Origin: Heterodontus francisci | Taxonomy: Eukaryota | Reading direction: 5' to 3' | Length of the DNA: 64,000 bases | NCBI RefSeq assembly: GCF_036365525.1 | Contig: NC_090380.1 | Coordinates: forward strand, 96,061,942-96,125,941 | Part shown: in pieces, positions 37,620 through 50,506 of the stretch | How positions within the stretch are numbered: position 1 is the stretch's first letter | How the letters are laid out: each line of letters starts with the position of its first letter | Notes under the pieces: generated by a model | Database searches by the model: none | Seen by the model: the letters and a program-made list of their open reading frames with translations, nothing else | What the model was told of the DNA's origin: nothing | Translations under genes and position numbers: made by a program

Positions 37620-40085
37620 TGGCAAGTAATTTAGCCTCTTTTTGTCTTCTTTTGTCCATTATCAACTATCCTCTTAAACCCCTCTATCCTGCTCCCACTG
37701 CCCTCACTTCCAACAAGTGTGAGGAGCATTTGGAATTCTTTGTCACTAAGATGGATGGAGACTATCCGTTCTGTTGCCTCTGCTGCATCCCTCCTTTCCC
37801 TTTGTGCGTCAAGCCAGTTTTCCCCCAAGGTCTCCTTACACCAGCCCTGGAGCCGCATCTTTCTTCAGTTTCTCTCTTAACTTCATAGAATCACAGAATT
37901 ATTACAGCACTGAAGGAGGCCATTCAGCCCATTTAGTCTGCACTGACTCTCCAAATGAGCAATTCAACTCGTGCCACTCCCCCACTTCTTCCTGTAACCC
38001 TGCACATTCTTCCATTCCATATAACTGTCTAATACCCTTTTGAATGCTTCAATTGAACCTGCCTCCATCACACTCTCAGGCAGTGCATTCTGGACCTTAA
38101 CCACTTGCTGCTTGAAAATGTTTTTCCTCATGTTGCTTTTGCTTCTTTTAACAATTACATTAAATCTGTGCCCTCTCTTTCTCGATCCTTTCATGAGTGG
38201 GAACAGTTTCTCCCTATCTACTCTGTCCAGACCCCTCATGATTTTGAATACTACTATCAAATCAGCTCTCAGCCTTCTCTTCTACAAGGATAACAGTGCC
38301 AACCTCTCCAATCTATCTTCATAACTGAAGTTCCTCATCCCTAGAATGCCTTCGTATCCTTCCTAAAGTGCGGCGCCCAGAACTGGAGGCAATACTCCAG
38401 CTGTGGCCAAACAAGTGTCTTATACAACATAACCTCCTTGTTCTTGTAATCTATGCCCCTATTAATAAAGCCCAGGATACTGTATGCTTTATTAACCTCG
38501 CTCTCAACCTGTCCTGCCACCTTCAATGACTTATGCACATATGCGCCTAGGTCCCTCTGCTCTTGCACTCCCTTTACAATTATATCCTTTATACTGTCTT
38601 TCCATGTTCTTCCCACCAAAACTTCACATTTCTCCGCATTAAACCTCATCTGCCACCTGTCTACCCATTCCACCAACTTGTCTGTTTCCTTTTGAAGTTC
38701 TACACCGTCTTCCTCTCAGTTCACAATGCTTTCAAGTTTCGTATCATCCGCAAAATTTTAAATTGTGCCCTGTACACCAAGGTCTAGGTCATTAATATAT
38801 ATCAGGAAAAGCAAGGATCCCAACACTAACCCCTGGGGAACTCCACTACAAACCTTCCTCCAGCCCGAAAAACATTCATTAACCACTACTATTTGTTTCC
38901 TGTCACTCAGCCAATTCTGTACCAATGTTGCTACTGTCTCATTTATTCAATGAGCTATAAATTTGTTCACAAGTCTGTTATGTGGCACTGTATCAAACAC
39001 CTTTTGGAAGTTCATGTACACCACACCAACTGCATAGCCTTCATTAACCCTCTCTGTTACCTCTGCAAAAAACTCCGGCAAGTTAATTAAACATGATTTT
39101 CCCTTAGGAAATCCATGCTGGCTTTCTTTAATTAACCCACATTTGTCCATGTGACAATTAATTCTGTCCCGATATAATCTTTCCAGAAGTTTTCCCACCA
39201 CCAAAGGTAAACTGACAGCCCTGTAGTTGCTGGGCTTATCTTTATACCCTTTTTTGAATAAGGATGTAATGTTTGCAATTTTCCAGTCCTCTGGCACCAC
39301 CTCCGAGTCTAACGAAGACTGAAAAATTATGGCCAGTCTCTCTGCAATTTCCAATCTCACTTCCTTCAGTATCCTTGGATGCATCTCATCTGATCCTGGT
39401 GCCTTATCCACTTTAAGTACAGATCTCATCTGATCCTGGTGTCTTATCCACTTTAAGTACATCTTCCCTGAGCCCTCTCCAAGCTGAACTTGTCCATTAG
39501 ACCCACCTCCTGCTCTGTCCACCAGACTTGACTATTCCAATCATCTCCTGGCCAGCCTCCTATCCACTCTCCTCCATAAATGGAAGTTTATCCAAAAGTC
39601 TGTGGCCTGTATTATAACATGCACCGAGTCCTGCTCAACCATCACACCTGTACTCATTGACTTACATTCTCTCAGACCTGAAATGCCTCAAATTTAAAAT
39701 GTTAATCCTTGTGTTCAAATCCTGTCATGGCCTCCCTCCTCCCTATCTCTATAGACCCTTCCAGTCTCACAACTGTTTGGGAACTCTGCGTTTCTCCAAT
39801 TCTGGCCTCTCACGCATTTCTCACTTGTTTCAACCCAATCTTAGTGGCTATGCCTTCAGCTTTCTCAGTTCGAGCTCTTGAATTCCCTCTCTAAACCTCT
39901 GCGCATCTCTACCTCTCTCACCTCCTTTAAGACCCTCCTTAAAACCTACCTCTTTGACCAAGCTTTTACTTTCCCTACCTAATATTTCCTTCTTTGGCTC
40001 AGTCTCAATTTTTATCTGATTCTGCTTCTGTGAAGCATCATTGGATGCTTTCCAATCCAAAAGGAACTACATAAATGCAAGTTAG
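37620..40085 (+). mobile_element. L2 LINE fragment split by the CR1 at 37884-39461
   Basis: TSNKCEEHLEFFVTK before the CR1; RLDYSN, LKFKMLILVFKSCHGLPPPYL and the L2 3' end acataaatgcaagtt after it. Confidence 0.75.
37884..39461 (-). mobile_element. CR1 LINE, 5'-truncated
   Basis: ORFs 38947..39522, 38341..38676 and 37964..38260 carry CR1 RT and C-terminal motifs; tail gaaggaggccattcagccc. Confidence 0.92.
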
Positions 40086-40478
40086 AAGAGAGAAATAGTT
40101 TATGTTTTATTGCAGAAACACAATACATATTAATTTCTCAATCGCCTTTAATTTTATGGAGATGTCTCTAATGTGTATTGTTAAATTTTACTGCAGTCAT
40201 TTATTAAAACATTAGGACAGTGAGCTGTTTTGACCCATTTTTTTCTGTACTAGCCTTTTATGGAATCCAAGTTCTTCAACTGGAAGAACTGCAGCTGATG
40301 AATCTGGCAGCCATTAGCTGTAGGTTTAGGCCAGACAACAGGAGCATTCCTTTAAGCAGAGGTTGAACAACAGTTGGAATAGCTTGCCTTGGAGAACAAT
40401 TTAAGGCCAGAACATTGGACTGGACTCATTTTAAAAACAACATTAGATGCAATAGCTGGAAAGATGTTGGGCTGCTAA

Positions 40479-43400
40479 TTTTTTTTTTATTCATTCATGG
40501 GATGTGGGCGACGCTGGCTAAGCCAGCTTTTATTGCCCATCACTAATTTCCCTTGAGAAGGTGGTGGTGAGCTGCCTTCTTGAACCGCTGCAGTCCATTT
40601 GGGGTAGGTATACCCACAGTGCTGTTAGGAAGGGAGTTCCAGGATTTTGACCCAGCGACAGTGAAGGAACGGCGATATAGTTCCAAGTCAGGATGGTGTG
40701 TGACTTGGAGGGGAACTTGCCATGCATTTTCTGCCCTTGTCCTTCTAGTTGGTAGAGGTCGCGGGTTTGGAAGGTGCTGTCTAAGGAGGCTTAGTGCATT
40801 GCTGCAGTGCATCTTGCAGATGGTACACACTGCTGCCACTGTGCGTCGGTGGTGGAGAGAGTGAATGTTTGTAGATGGGGTGCCAATCAAGTGGGCTGCT
40901 TTGTCCTGGATGGTGTCGAGCTTCTTGAGTGTTGTTGGAGCTGCACCCATCCAGGCAAGTAAAGAGTATTCCATCACACTCCTAACTTGTGCCTTGTAGA
41001 TGGTGGACAGACTTTGGGGAGACAGGAGGTGAGTTACTCGCCTCAGGATTCCTAGCCTCTGATCTGCTCTTGTAGCCAAGGTATTTATGTGGCTATTCCA
41101 GTTCAGTTTCTGGTCAATGGTAGGCCCTAGGATGTTGATAGTGAGGGATTCAGCGATGGTAATGCCATTGAATGTCAAGGGGAGATGGTTAGAGTCTCTC
41201 TTGTTGGAGATGGTCATTGCCTGGCACTTTGTGTGGTGCGAATGTTACTTACTACTTATCAGCCCAAGCCTGGATATTGTCCAGGTCTTGCTGCATTTCT
41301 ACACGGACTGCTTCAGTATCTGAGGAGTCACGAATGGTGCTGAACATTGTGAAATCATCCGCGAACATCCCCATTTCTGACCTTATGATTGAAGGAAGGT
41401 CATTGATGAAGCAGCTGAAGATGGTTGGGCCTAGGACACTACCCTGAGGAACTCCTGCAGTGATGTCCTGGAGCTCAGATGATTGACCACCAACAACCAC
41501 AACCATCTTCCTTTGCGCTAGGTATGACTCCAGCCAGCGGAGGGTTTTCCCCCTGATTCCCATTGACCTCAGTTTTGCTAGGGCTCCTTGATGCCATACT
41601 TGGTCAAATGCTGCCTTGATGTCAAGTGCAGTCACTCTCACCTCACCTCTTGAGTTCAGCCCTTTTGTCCATGTTTGAACCAAGGCTGTAATGAGGTCTG
41701 GAGCTGAGTGGCCCTGGTGGAACCCAAACTGAGCGTCACTGAGCAGGTTATTGCTAAGCAAGTGCTGCTTGATGGCACTGTTGAAGACACCTTCCATCAC
41801 TTTACTGATGATCGAGAGGAGGCTGATGCGGGGGGGTAATTGGCCGGGTTGGACTTGTCCTGCTTTTTGTGTACAGGACATACCTGGGCAATTTCCCACA
41901 TTGCAGGGTAGATGCCAGTGTTGTTGCTGTACTGGAACAGCTTGGCTAGGGACGCGGCAAGTTCTGGAGCACAGGTCTTCAGTACTATTTTTGGAATATT
42001 GTCAGGGCCCATAGCTTTTGCAGTATCCAGTGCCTTCAGTTGTTTCTTGATATCACGTGGAGTGAATCGAATTGGCTGAAGTCTGGCATCTGTGATGCTG
42101 GGGACTTCAGGAGGAGGCCGAGATGGATCATCAACTCGGCACTTCTGGCTGAAGATTGTTGCAAATGCTTCAGCCTTATCTTTCTCACTGATGTGCTGGG
42201 CTCCCCCATCATTGAGGATGGGGATATATGTGGAGCCACCTCCTCCAGTTAGTTGTTTAATTGTCCACCACCATTCATGGCTGGATGTGGCAGGACTGCA
42301 GAGCTTAGATCTGATCTGTTGGTTATGGGATTGCTTAGCTCTGTCTATCGCATGCTGCTTATGCAGTTTGGCATGCAGATAGTCCTGTGTTGTAGCTTCA
42401 CCAGGTTGACACCTCATTTTGAGGTATGCCTGGTGCTGCTCCTGGCATGCCCTCCTGCACTCTTCATTGAACCAGGGTTGGTCTCCTGGCTTGATGGTAA
42501 TGGTGGAGTGGGGAATATGCCAGGCCATGAGGTTACTGATTGTGGTTGAGTACAATTCTGTTGCTGCTAATGGCCCACAGCGCCTCATGGATGCCCAGTT
42601 TTGCATTGCTAGATCTGTTCGAAATCTATCCCATTTAGCACGGTGATAGTGCCACACAACACGACGGACGGTATCCTCAATGTGAAGGCGGGACTTCGTC
42701 TCCACAAGGACTGTGCGGTGGTCACTCCTACCAATGCACTCATGGACAGAAGCATCTGCAGCAGGCAGATTGGTGAGGACGAGGTAGAGTATGTTTTTCC
42801 CTCGTGTTGGTTCCCCCACCACCTGCCGCAGACCCAGTCTAGCAGCTATGTCCTTTAGGACTTGGCCAGTTCGGTCAGTAATGGTGCTACCAAGCCACTC
42901 TTGGTGATGGACATTGAAGTCCCCCACCCAGAGTACCCAGATTACATTTTGTGCCCTTGCCACTCTCAGTGCTTCCTCCAAGTGGTGTTCAACTTGGTGG
43001 AGTACTGAGTCATCAGCTGAGGGAGGGCGGTAGGTGGTAATCAGTAGGAGGTTACCTTGCCCAGATTTGACCTGATGCCATGAGACTTCATGGGGTCCGG
43101 AGTCGATGTTGAGGACTCCCAGGGCAACTCCCTCCCTACTGTATACCACTGTGCAACCACCTCTGCTGGGTCTGTCCTGCTGGCGGGACAGGACATACCC
43201 AGGGATAGTGATTGGGACATTGTCTGTCAGGTATGATTCCGTGAATATGAATATGTCAGGCTGTTGCTTGACAAGTCTGTGGGACAGCTCTCCCAACTTT
43301 GGCACAAGCCCCCAGATGTTAGTAAGGAGGACCTTGCAGGGTCGACAGGGCTGGATTTGCCGTTGTCGTTTCCGGTGCCTAGGTCGATGCCAGGTGGTCC

Positions 43401-43765
43401 GTCCGGTTTCATTCCTTTTTATTCACTTCGTAGCGGTTAGGTACAACTGAGTGGCTTGCTAGGCCATTTCAGAGAGCATGTAAGAGTTAACCACATTTCT
43501 GTGGGTCTGGAGTCACATGTCGACCAGACCAGGTAAGGACAGCACATTTCCTTCCCTAAAGGACATTAGTGAACCAGACGGGCTTTTACAACAATCGACA
43601 ATGGTTTCAGGGCCATCATTAGACTAGCTTTTAATTCCAGATTTATTAATTAAATTCAAATTCCACCTTCTGCTGTGGTGGGATTCGAACCCATGTCCCC
43701 AGAGAAATACCCTGGGTCTCTGGGTTACTAGTCCAGTGATAATACCACTACGCCACCGCCTACCC
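40479..43765 (-). mobile_element. Full-length single-ORF APE-RT LINE (CR1 group, Zenon-like) with tRNA-derived 5' head, copy 2
   Basis: ORFs 41797..43305 (APE to RT start, 502 aa), 41252..41899 (RT, FADD) and 40543..41217 (C-terminus) are joined by two frameshifts. Poly(A) at 40479-40488; no room for an ORF1. Confidence 0.95.
43681..43765 (-). promoter_or_regulatory. tRNA-derived Pol III internal promoter (A and B box) at LINE 5' end
   Basis: A box TGGCGTAGTGG (43755-43745) and B box GGTTCGAATCC (43691-43681), with a 53-nt spacer containing a cccagag/ctctggg hairpin. Confidence 0.85.
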
Positions 43766-45634
43766 GATGGAAGGATGAAATAATTGAGATGAAGGTTTTC
43801 TTCAATCATAAATATTTCATGATCTTGTGAAGTTGCATATTCTTAGACTCTGCAGCTATCTGTCAAGCAATGGATTAATAAGCTTTGTGGAAGGTGCCTG
43901 AAACTAAATATTTTGTGCAGAAAGTTCCCTTCTGTTAATATGAATGTGAAACCTAGTGCTCCAGAATGTTTTATCGTTAATTCATCACATTTCCACTTGG
44001 AGGCTTTCCACAAGAAGATATTAGGCCCAAGCTTTCTGGCTGCTTCCCGTCAGTTCTGCATTTGAGAGGACCAGGAATTGATGACACACTGTGCTCCTTC
44101 TCCACCTCCTCCCCAGTTCCTGGAAGAGCAGCCGAATTGCATAATATGTGCTCTTCCACATATGTAGGGCACAGGCAAAACATATTTAAATGAGTGAAAT
44201 ACAGTCTCCACTGTATTTCTTGCCACTTACCATGCTTGTACCTTCAATGCAATGGCCACCTACTAGATTTGGCATCCAGTGTTCGAAGCCAGTGGAGAAT
44301 GCCCCAGAGGTGTTATTTAGCATGGGATCCATCAGTTGGTCTCAGAGGATGGCTGTGTGTATGGGACCTAAAAGAATGTTCCAAAATCTTTCAAGGAATG
44401 TTTAAAAATTTTCAAGCAGTTTGGAGGCTGCCTGCTTCCTCCTGCTGTGGCAAACAAAATTATGATGTAGATCCTGTGACAAAAAAAAAACCATTTTTGT
44501 TTCTGATTTTATTTACTGGATTCTGTCTGTCTGCTATGAGTACAAACAGAATTACAATGAACTTAGCCCCAAAATTTCTCAAATAGCCTAACCGGTGAGT
44601 TGCATGAATATTTACTTCAAAATATAACATAAAACAAGCAATTATGCAGTTGGGAACTGCGTGTAACATATGTTATATTTATTCTTCTCTGAATGAGAAT
44701 CACTGTTTGAAGCCATAAAACTATCCTTATTAGGCACATTAGGCACAGCATGCTTAAGGAAATGCAACCATGGGAGTTTTTCTATCTTTAATGTAACTTA
44801 TTCTAATACCATAAAATGCAGTGAGGCAAAATTTAAAAAAAATATAAAAAGCATAAAACACCAGAAGTAGATTTTGGATCCTACTGCGCCTAAAATTATG
44901 GGAGAAATTTACGCCCATTCAGAATGGATATAAATGCAGGAAACATGTGTTCTCTGTTCTTTTGCAGAGGGAGAGGTGTGAAACTATGTTAATGAGCGAC
45001 AGAGGGTTTCAGTGGAGATTTCACTGAATAGGCACAGAGATCAAGAAATTTGGGGCATAGTGCAAAAATAGGCATAATTATACTTGAATTCCCTTGATCT
45101 TTTTTTTGCTGAAAATCAGCTTGGGTTGTCAAGAAGTTTCAGGCTTAGATTCTCTTACAGGATCGGCTTACTCTGGCTAATGTGCAAGTTCGGACAGGGA
45201 ATAGGTAAAGCATAGTTCAGGAAAGCTTTAATAAGCAGATGGTGATTACTGCCATCAACCTTGGATAAGGACTGCCTCAAAGCTCATTAAAAGAGCTTAG
45301 GGACAGACTAATCTACTTCCAAGGAGGCGCGAGGGTGCAGCCAGTCAATTCAAATACAAACATCTTTTGTATAATTTAAAGTATATATTTGACAAATTAG
45401 AGGGCAGGCTGGAAACTCCATGCTAGTAAATAGCTAGGTAAGAATTAAAGAAATCATGCTTCGAGGCTTAATTTTATGTTGAATGTTATCACATCTTTAT
45501 TGTTTTTAACGTTTCAAGGAGAACAATAAAGTCTGTGTTTTGTGTTTATTTGTGTTTGTTATTTACCTGTTTAAAGATCACTCAGTCAATCAGGAGGTTA
45601 TAATCGAAGGCACAATCTGATAGAATTCTTGAGA

Positions 45635-45845
45635 TCTGGCCAATATGTATCTCCGAATCAACATCATTAAGAAACTAATCATCTGGTTATTCTCATATTG
45701 CTGTTGTGGGACCTTTCTGTGCATAAATTGCTGTATTTCCTACATTCACAACAGTAATTATACTTCAGAAGTATTTTTTTGGCTGTAAAATGCTTTCGGA
45801 TGCCTTGAGGTTATAAAACATGCTATATAAATGCAAGACTTTCCT
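45635..45845 (+). mobile_element. Deu-domain SINE 3' half
   Basis: ctggccaatatgtatctc...attgctgttgtgggacc...ggctgtaaaatgctttcggatg...gctatataaatgcaag. Confidence 0.7.
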
Positions 45846-46656
45846 TTTTCTCGCTTCTGAAATCAAGGAGATTGTGTGGTGGCTTCTGATATGTCTAGTA
45901 AGTGGCAAGGGTTCACTGTTTGATCTCTGGGGCTCACTACATTTATCTAGATATTGGCTGAACAAAGGCTCACTGTGGCTTGGAGGGAATGGCAAGTTGT
46001 CTTTCAGGAGTGGTCAGTGACCATGTTCACAAGGAACGTATCGATCGTAGCGACCAAAACCTGAAACAGAACATTCATTGGAATCTTCATTGAACTCAAG
46101 TTCTCAGAACCACTCAGAAGTTCACATGAAAGGTCTATACCCAAAACGATAACCTGCCTTTTTTTTGAATATGGATAGATCTACTCTACATTTTCAGCAT
46201 ATTCTCTCACCGTTCATGAAAATCTCCACAAGCAAACTAAGAATTTGATGATTGGGTACACAGAGCTGGTGGAGGGTCACCAAAAGGTGTATAGGTAGGT
46301 GCAAAAGGATTACAGAAAAGCAGATTGCAGATATTAGCAAGAGAGCTCCAAAGCCTTTTGAAGCCCTGTTAGAAGATGGAGTATTACAAGCCATATAGGT
46401 CCTTTAAGTTGTATGGAGATATTACGCAGGATCAGGAGATGTCAAATGTGCTAAATTAATTCTTCACATTATTCCTTATGGATGAAGATTCACAAATATT
46501 CCAGAGCCTGCTATTTGAGCGCAGGACACTGGAACATTCATTGAAGTAATAAAATGTGCGTATTAAAAAACTTTAAAAATTAGCCCTTGCACTACTGGTT
46601 GATCCACAGAAATTTGATCTCTCAGCAGCTTTTGTTTTACATTTCAGATTTCACAT

Positions 46657-48435
46657 TGCAATGGGGGAGCCCAACACATCAGTGCAAAAGACAAGGCTGA
46701 AGCATTTGCAACCATCTTCAGCCAGAAGTGCCGAGTGAATGATCCATCACGACCTCTACCTGAGACCCCCAGAATCACAGATGCCAGTCTTCAGCCAATT
46801 CGATTCACTCCACATGATATCAACATACAGCTGAAGGCACTGGATACTGCAAAGGCTATGGGCCCTGACAACATTCCTGCAATAGTACTGAAGACTTGTT
46901 CTCCAGAACTAGCTGTGCCCTTAGCCAAGCAGTTCCAGTACAGCTACAACCTGACAATGTGGAAAATTGCCCAGGTATGTCCTGTACACAAAAAGCAGGA
47001 CAAGTCCAACCCAGCCAATTACCGCTCTATCAGTCTACTCTCGATCATCAGCAAAGTGATGGAAGGGGTCATCAACAGTGCTATAAAGCGGCACTTGCTC
47101 AGAGATAACTTGCTCAGTGACGCTCATTTTGGGTTCCGCCAGGGCCACTCAGCTCCTGACCTCATTACAGCCTTGGTCCAAACATGGACTAACAAGCTGA
47201 ACTCCAGAGGCGAGGTGAGAGTGACTGCCCTTGATATTAAGGCAGCATTTGACCGAGTATGGCATCAAGGAGCCCTAGCAAAAATGGAACCAGGGGGAAA
47301 ACTCTCTGCCGGTTGAGGTTATACCTAGCGCAAAGGAAGATAGTTGTGGTGGTTGGAGCTCAATCAACTCATTCCCAGGACATCACTGCAGGAGTTCCTC
47401 AGGATAGTGTCCTAGGCCCAACCATCTTTAGCTGCTTCATCAATGACTTTCCCTCCATTATAAGGTCAGAATTGGGGATGTTCTTTGCGACAGGTTTAGA
47501 TAGAGGATCTGGATCGGCGCAGGCTTGGAGGGCCGATGGGCCTGTTCCTGTGCTGTAATTTTCTTTGTTCTTTGTTCTTTGTATGATTGCACAATGTTCA
47601 GCACCATTCACAACTCCATGTTCAGATGTAGTAAGACCTGGTAAACATCCAGGCTTGGGCTGATAAGTGACCAGTAACATTCGTGCCACACAAGTGCCAG
47701 ACAATGAACATCTCAAACAAGAGAGAATCTAACCATCTCCCTTTTATATTCAATGGCATTACCATTGCTCAATCCCCCATTATTAACATCCTGGGGGTTA
47801 CCATTGACCAGAAACTGAACTGGACCAGCCACATAAATACTGTGGCTACAAGAGCAGGTCAGAGGCTGGGAATTCTGTGGCAAGTAACTCACCTTCTGCC
47901 TCCCCAATGCCTGTCCATCACCTGCAAGGCACAAGTCAGGAGTATGATGGAATACTCTCCACTTGCCTGGGTGGGTGCAGCTCCAACAATACTCAAGAAG
48001 CTCGACACCAGAACAAAGCAGCCTGTTTGATTGGCACCCCATCCACCACCTTCACCATTCACTCCCTTCACCACAGATGCACAGTGTTAGCAGTGTGTAC
48101 CATCTACAAGATGCACTGCAGCACCTCACCAAGGCTCCTTCGACGGGATCTTCCAAACCCTAGAAGGACAAGGGGAGCAGATGCATGGGAACATCACCAC
48201 CTGCAAGTTCCCCTCCAAGCCACACACCATCCTACTTGGAACTATATTGCTATTCCTTCACTGTCACTGGGTCAAAAACCTGGAACACCCTTCAGAGCAG
48301 CATTGTTGGTGTACCTACACCCCAAGGACTGCAGTGGTTCAAGAAGGCAGCTCACCATCACCTTCTCAAGGGTAATTAGGAATGGGGAATAAATGCTGGC
48401 CTAGCCAGCATCGCCAACATCCCATGAAAAAAAAG
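46657..48435 (+). mobile_element. tRNA-headed LINE family, 5'-truncated and more diverged copy
   Basis: ORFs 46735..47316, 47259..47558, 47683..48030 and 48185..48379 are homologous to copy 2; poly(A) end. Confidence 0.92.
47486..47582 (+). mobile_element. ~95 bp CR1 3' tail inserted in the LINE RT motif
   Basis: gcgacaggtttagatagaggat...cctgttcctgtgctgtaattttctttgttctttg matches the reverse complement of 61445-61545. Confidence 0.88.
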
Positions 48436-49685
48436 ACATTTTAAAAATCCTAACATTATAATGATAAAGTTATTTAGATGTTAGAACTAGCATTAGTATT
48501 GCAATATTGTCCCATGACAAGTAAAATAAACAATCAAATAATATTTTTAGTACTATTATTCAAAATGTATAATATAATCCCCTTCTCCAATCTCTATTTC
48601 TAATCTCATTCTACTATATTTACAATTTTAAAATGACTTTAGCTTTCTAATATCTTATATTCTACAATCTTTAACTTGAAAATGAATTCATTTAAAGACT
48701 TTACCTAAATGGGAGAATTTGCACTTGCCAGGCTGGACAGGTGTTGTGCAGGTGACTGGTGTGTTGAAGTGCATGGAAAACCCCATGGGACAGGAGCGTC
48801 TGCTAGTAATGTGCTACAAGGCAATTGAATGCATTTTTAACCCTGGTAACCCTGGATTCTGTCTCTAACTATCAGCACACAGGTTTCCTGGGCTTATTGG
48901 AACTCACCAGATTGAACAAGATGAATGGACAGCGGGGATTGACGAGGCTGGAAAGGCTTAAATACTGAGATATGACAGCTGTTTCTTTGCCCAAGATAAA
49001 AGCTTATGTTCACAGCACTTTTCTGAGAGTGCTCTTTCACTGCTTTGGAAATTATTTCCAAGACTTTGAAGGTCATTTTTCCGATCTTGGAGTTTTTTTG
49101 CCTTTGAGCTGCACTTCCCAGCTATCAACCTTCTCAGCAGCATGGGAGCTGCTTATGCAGCTCTATCTTGGACCTCTGATGTGGAACAAGAGCAGCAGCA
49201 CCAGCAACATCAGCAGCAGGAGCAGGAGCAGCATCACCAGATGCCTTCTCCTCAACCATCTGTTGCTCCATAGGACAGAGGAGATGAACGCAGAGCTCCA
49301 GCTCACAGGAGGTGACACCTCCAACACAAGGTATACAGACTTTCTCCACATGGCTGATTATCAGTGCCTCAGAAGGCTCAGACTCTCACGCCAGGTCATT
49401 GCTAACATTTGCAGCTTCCTGGAACAAGACCTCGTGCCAACGAGACCACATGGGGACGCATCGCTAATGGCAGTCTGGCTCCTTGAAAGGATCTGCTGGT
49501 AACATCTGTAGAATCTTACAATCGTAGAAATCATAGAAAGTTTATGACACAGCAGGAGGCCATTTGGCCCATCATGTCTGCCGGTCAATGAAGAGCTACC
49601 CAGCCTACTCCTACCTTCCTGCACTAGGTCCATGGCACTGCAGGTCACAGCTCTTCAAGTCGACATCCAAGTACTTTTTAAATGT

Positions 49686-50506
49686 TGTTATGACCAGGTG
49701 AGAAAGGTGTCTCGGGGTCTTTTACTGTCTTCACTGGTCTTATTGTAACAGGGTTTAATATTTAATCACACTGTGTTTTGAGCTCCCCCTTGGTGAATCC
49801 TTATTCACCGCTTTCCAATTATAAGGCAAAGAAATGAGCACAACCAGGTTTTCTTAGGTCTTAAGAAGAAAAGTGAAATTTATTGAAACTTAAACTTAAA
49901 CTCTAATTCGGTTAACGCCCACTGATATATGACGCACCCATGCTAGCCTGCACACGCGATCCACACATGCAAATAGGGACAGAAGAGAGCAGAAGAAAAA
50001 TAAAGTGGAGAGGCTTGAGGAAATATCAGAAGAGTTTCTTGTTTACTGTGCTTCAAGCTCACATTAGTCCTTTTGTAAGGAGTCTTGCTTTTTGTTGGTG
50101 CCCAGTATTCCTCTTCAGCCTTGTTCACTGTCAAAGACTTTTCACTCTTGGGGTTCACATGTCTCCAATGCGTCTTCAGTTCTGTAAGAAAGAGATGGGA
50201 GCATACAGGAGAGAGGACTTTTCCATTCCAGGAGCAAACAGCTTTCTGACTTTCCAATACTCTGTGGCAAGTTCATATTCAAACAGCCAGTCAGTCATGT
50301 GAGTAAACTGGTCTGACCAGGTCTTCTGTGTATTGGAGAATCAGGGACTGGGTCCTTTGTTCCAACACTGTCTGCTAGTATGCAAGGGGCCTGGCAATTC
50401 CTTGTGATAGTCCCTCTTTTCTTCCTAGCAACATTTTAAAGTTTTTAATGTTCATATGGCAAAATAATGTGTGCCTCATTCTTGGTAAGTGGGGGCCTAC
50501 ATGACA
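49686..50506 (-). repeat. 3' LTR
   Basis: TGTTA...TGACA; purine-rich gggtgtggagg lies immediately upstream on the minus strand. Confidence 0.9.

Noticed and set aside
42036-43450. Multiple antisense ORFs over the LINE copies
   Set aside because: They are short shadows of the coding strand with no recognisable motifs.
43675-43765. Functional tRNA-Thr gene (also 11240-11330 and 14113-14200)
   Set aside because: The A-B spacer is over-long, the anticodon and acceptor stems are imperfect, there is no downstream T-run, and it is fused to a retroelement body.
46198-46295. Exon-like segments with AG/GT borders (also about 986-1048 +, 18435-18502 -, 45161-45204 +, 60406-60476 +)
   Set aside because: The peptides are unrecognised, do not chain into a consistent gene, and such borders are expected by chance in 64 kb. 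RNA-seq would be needed.
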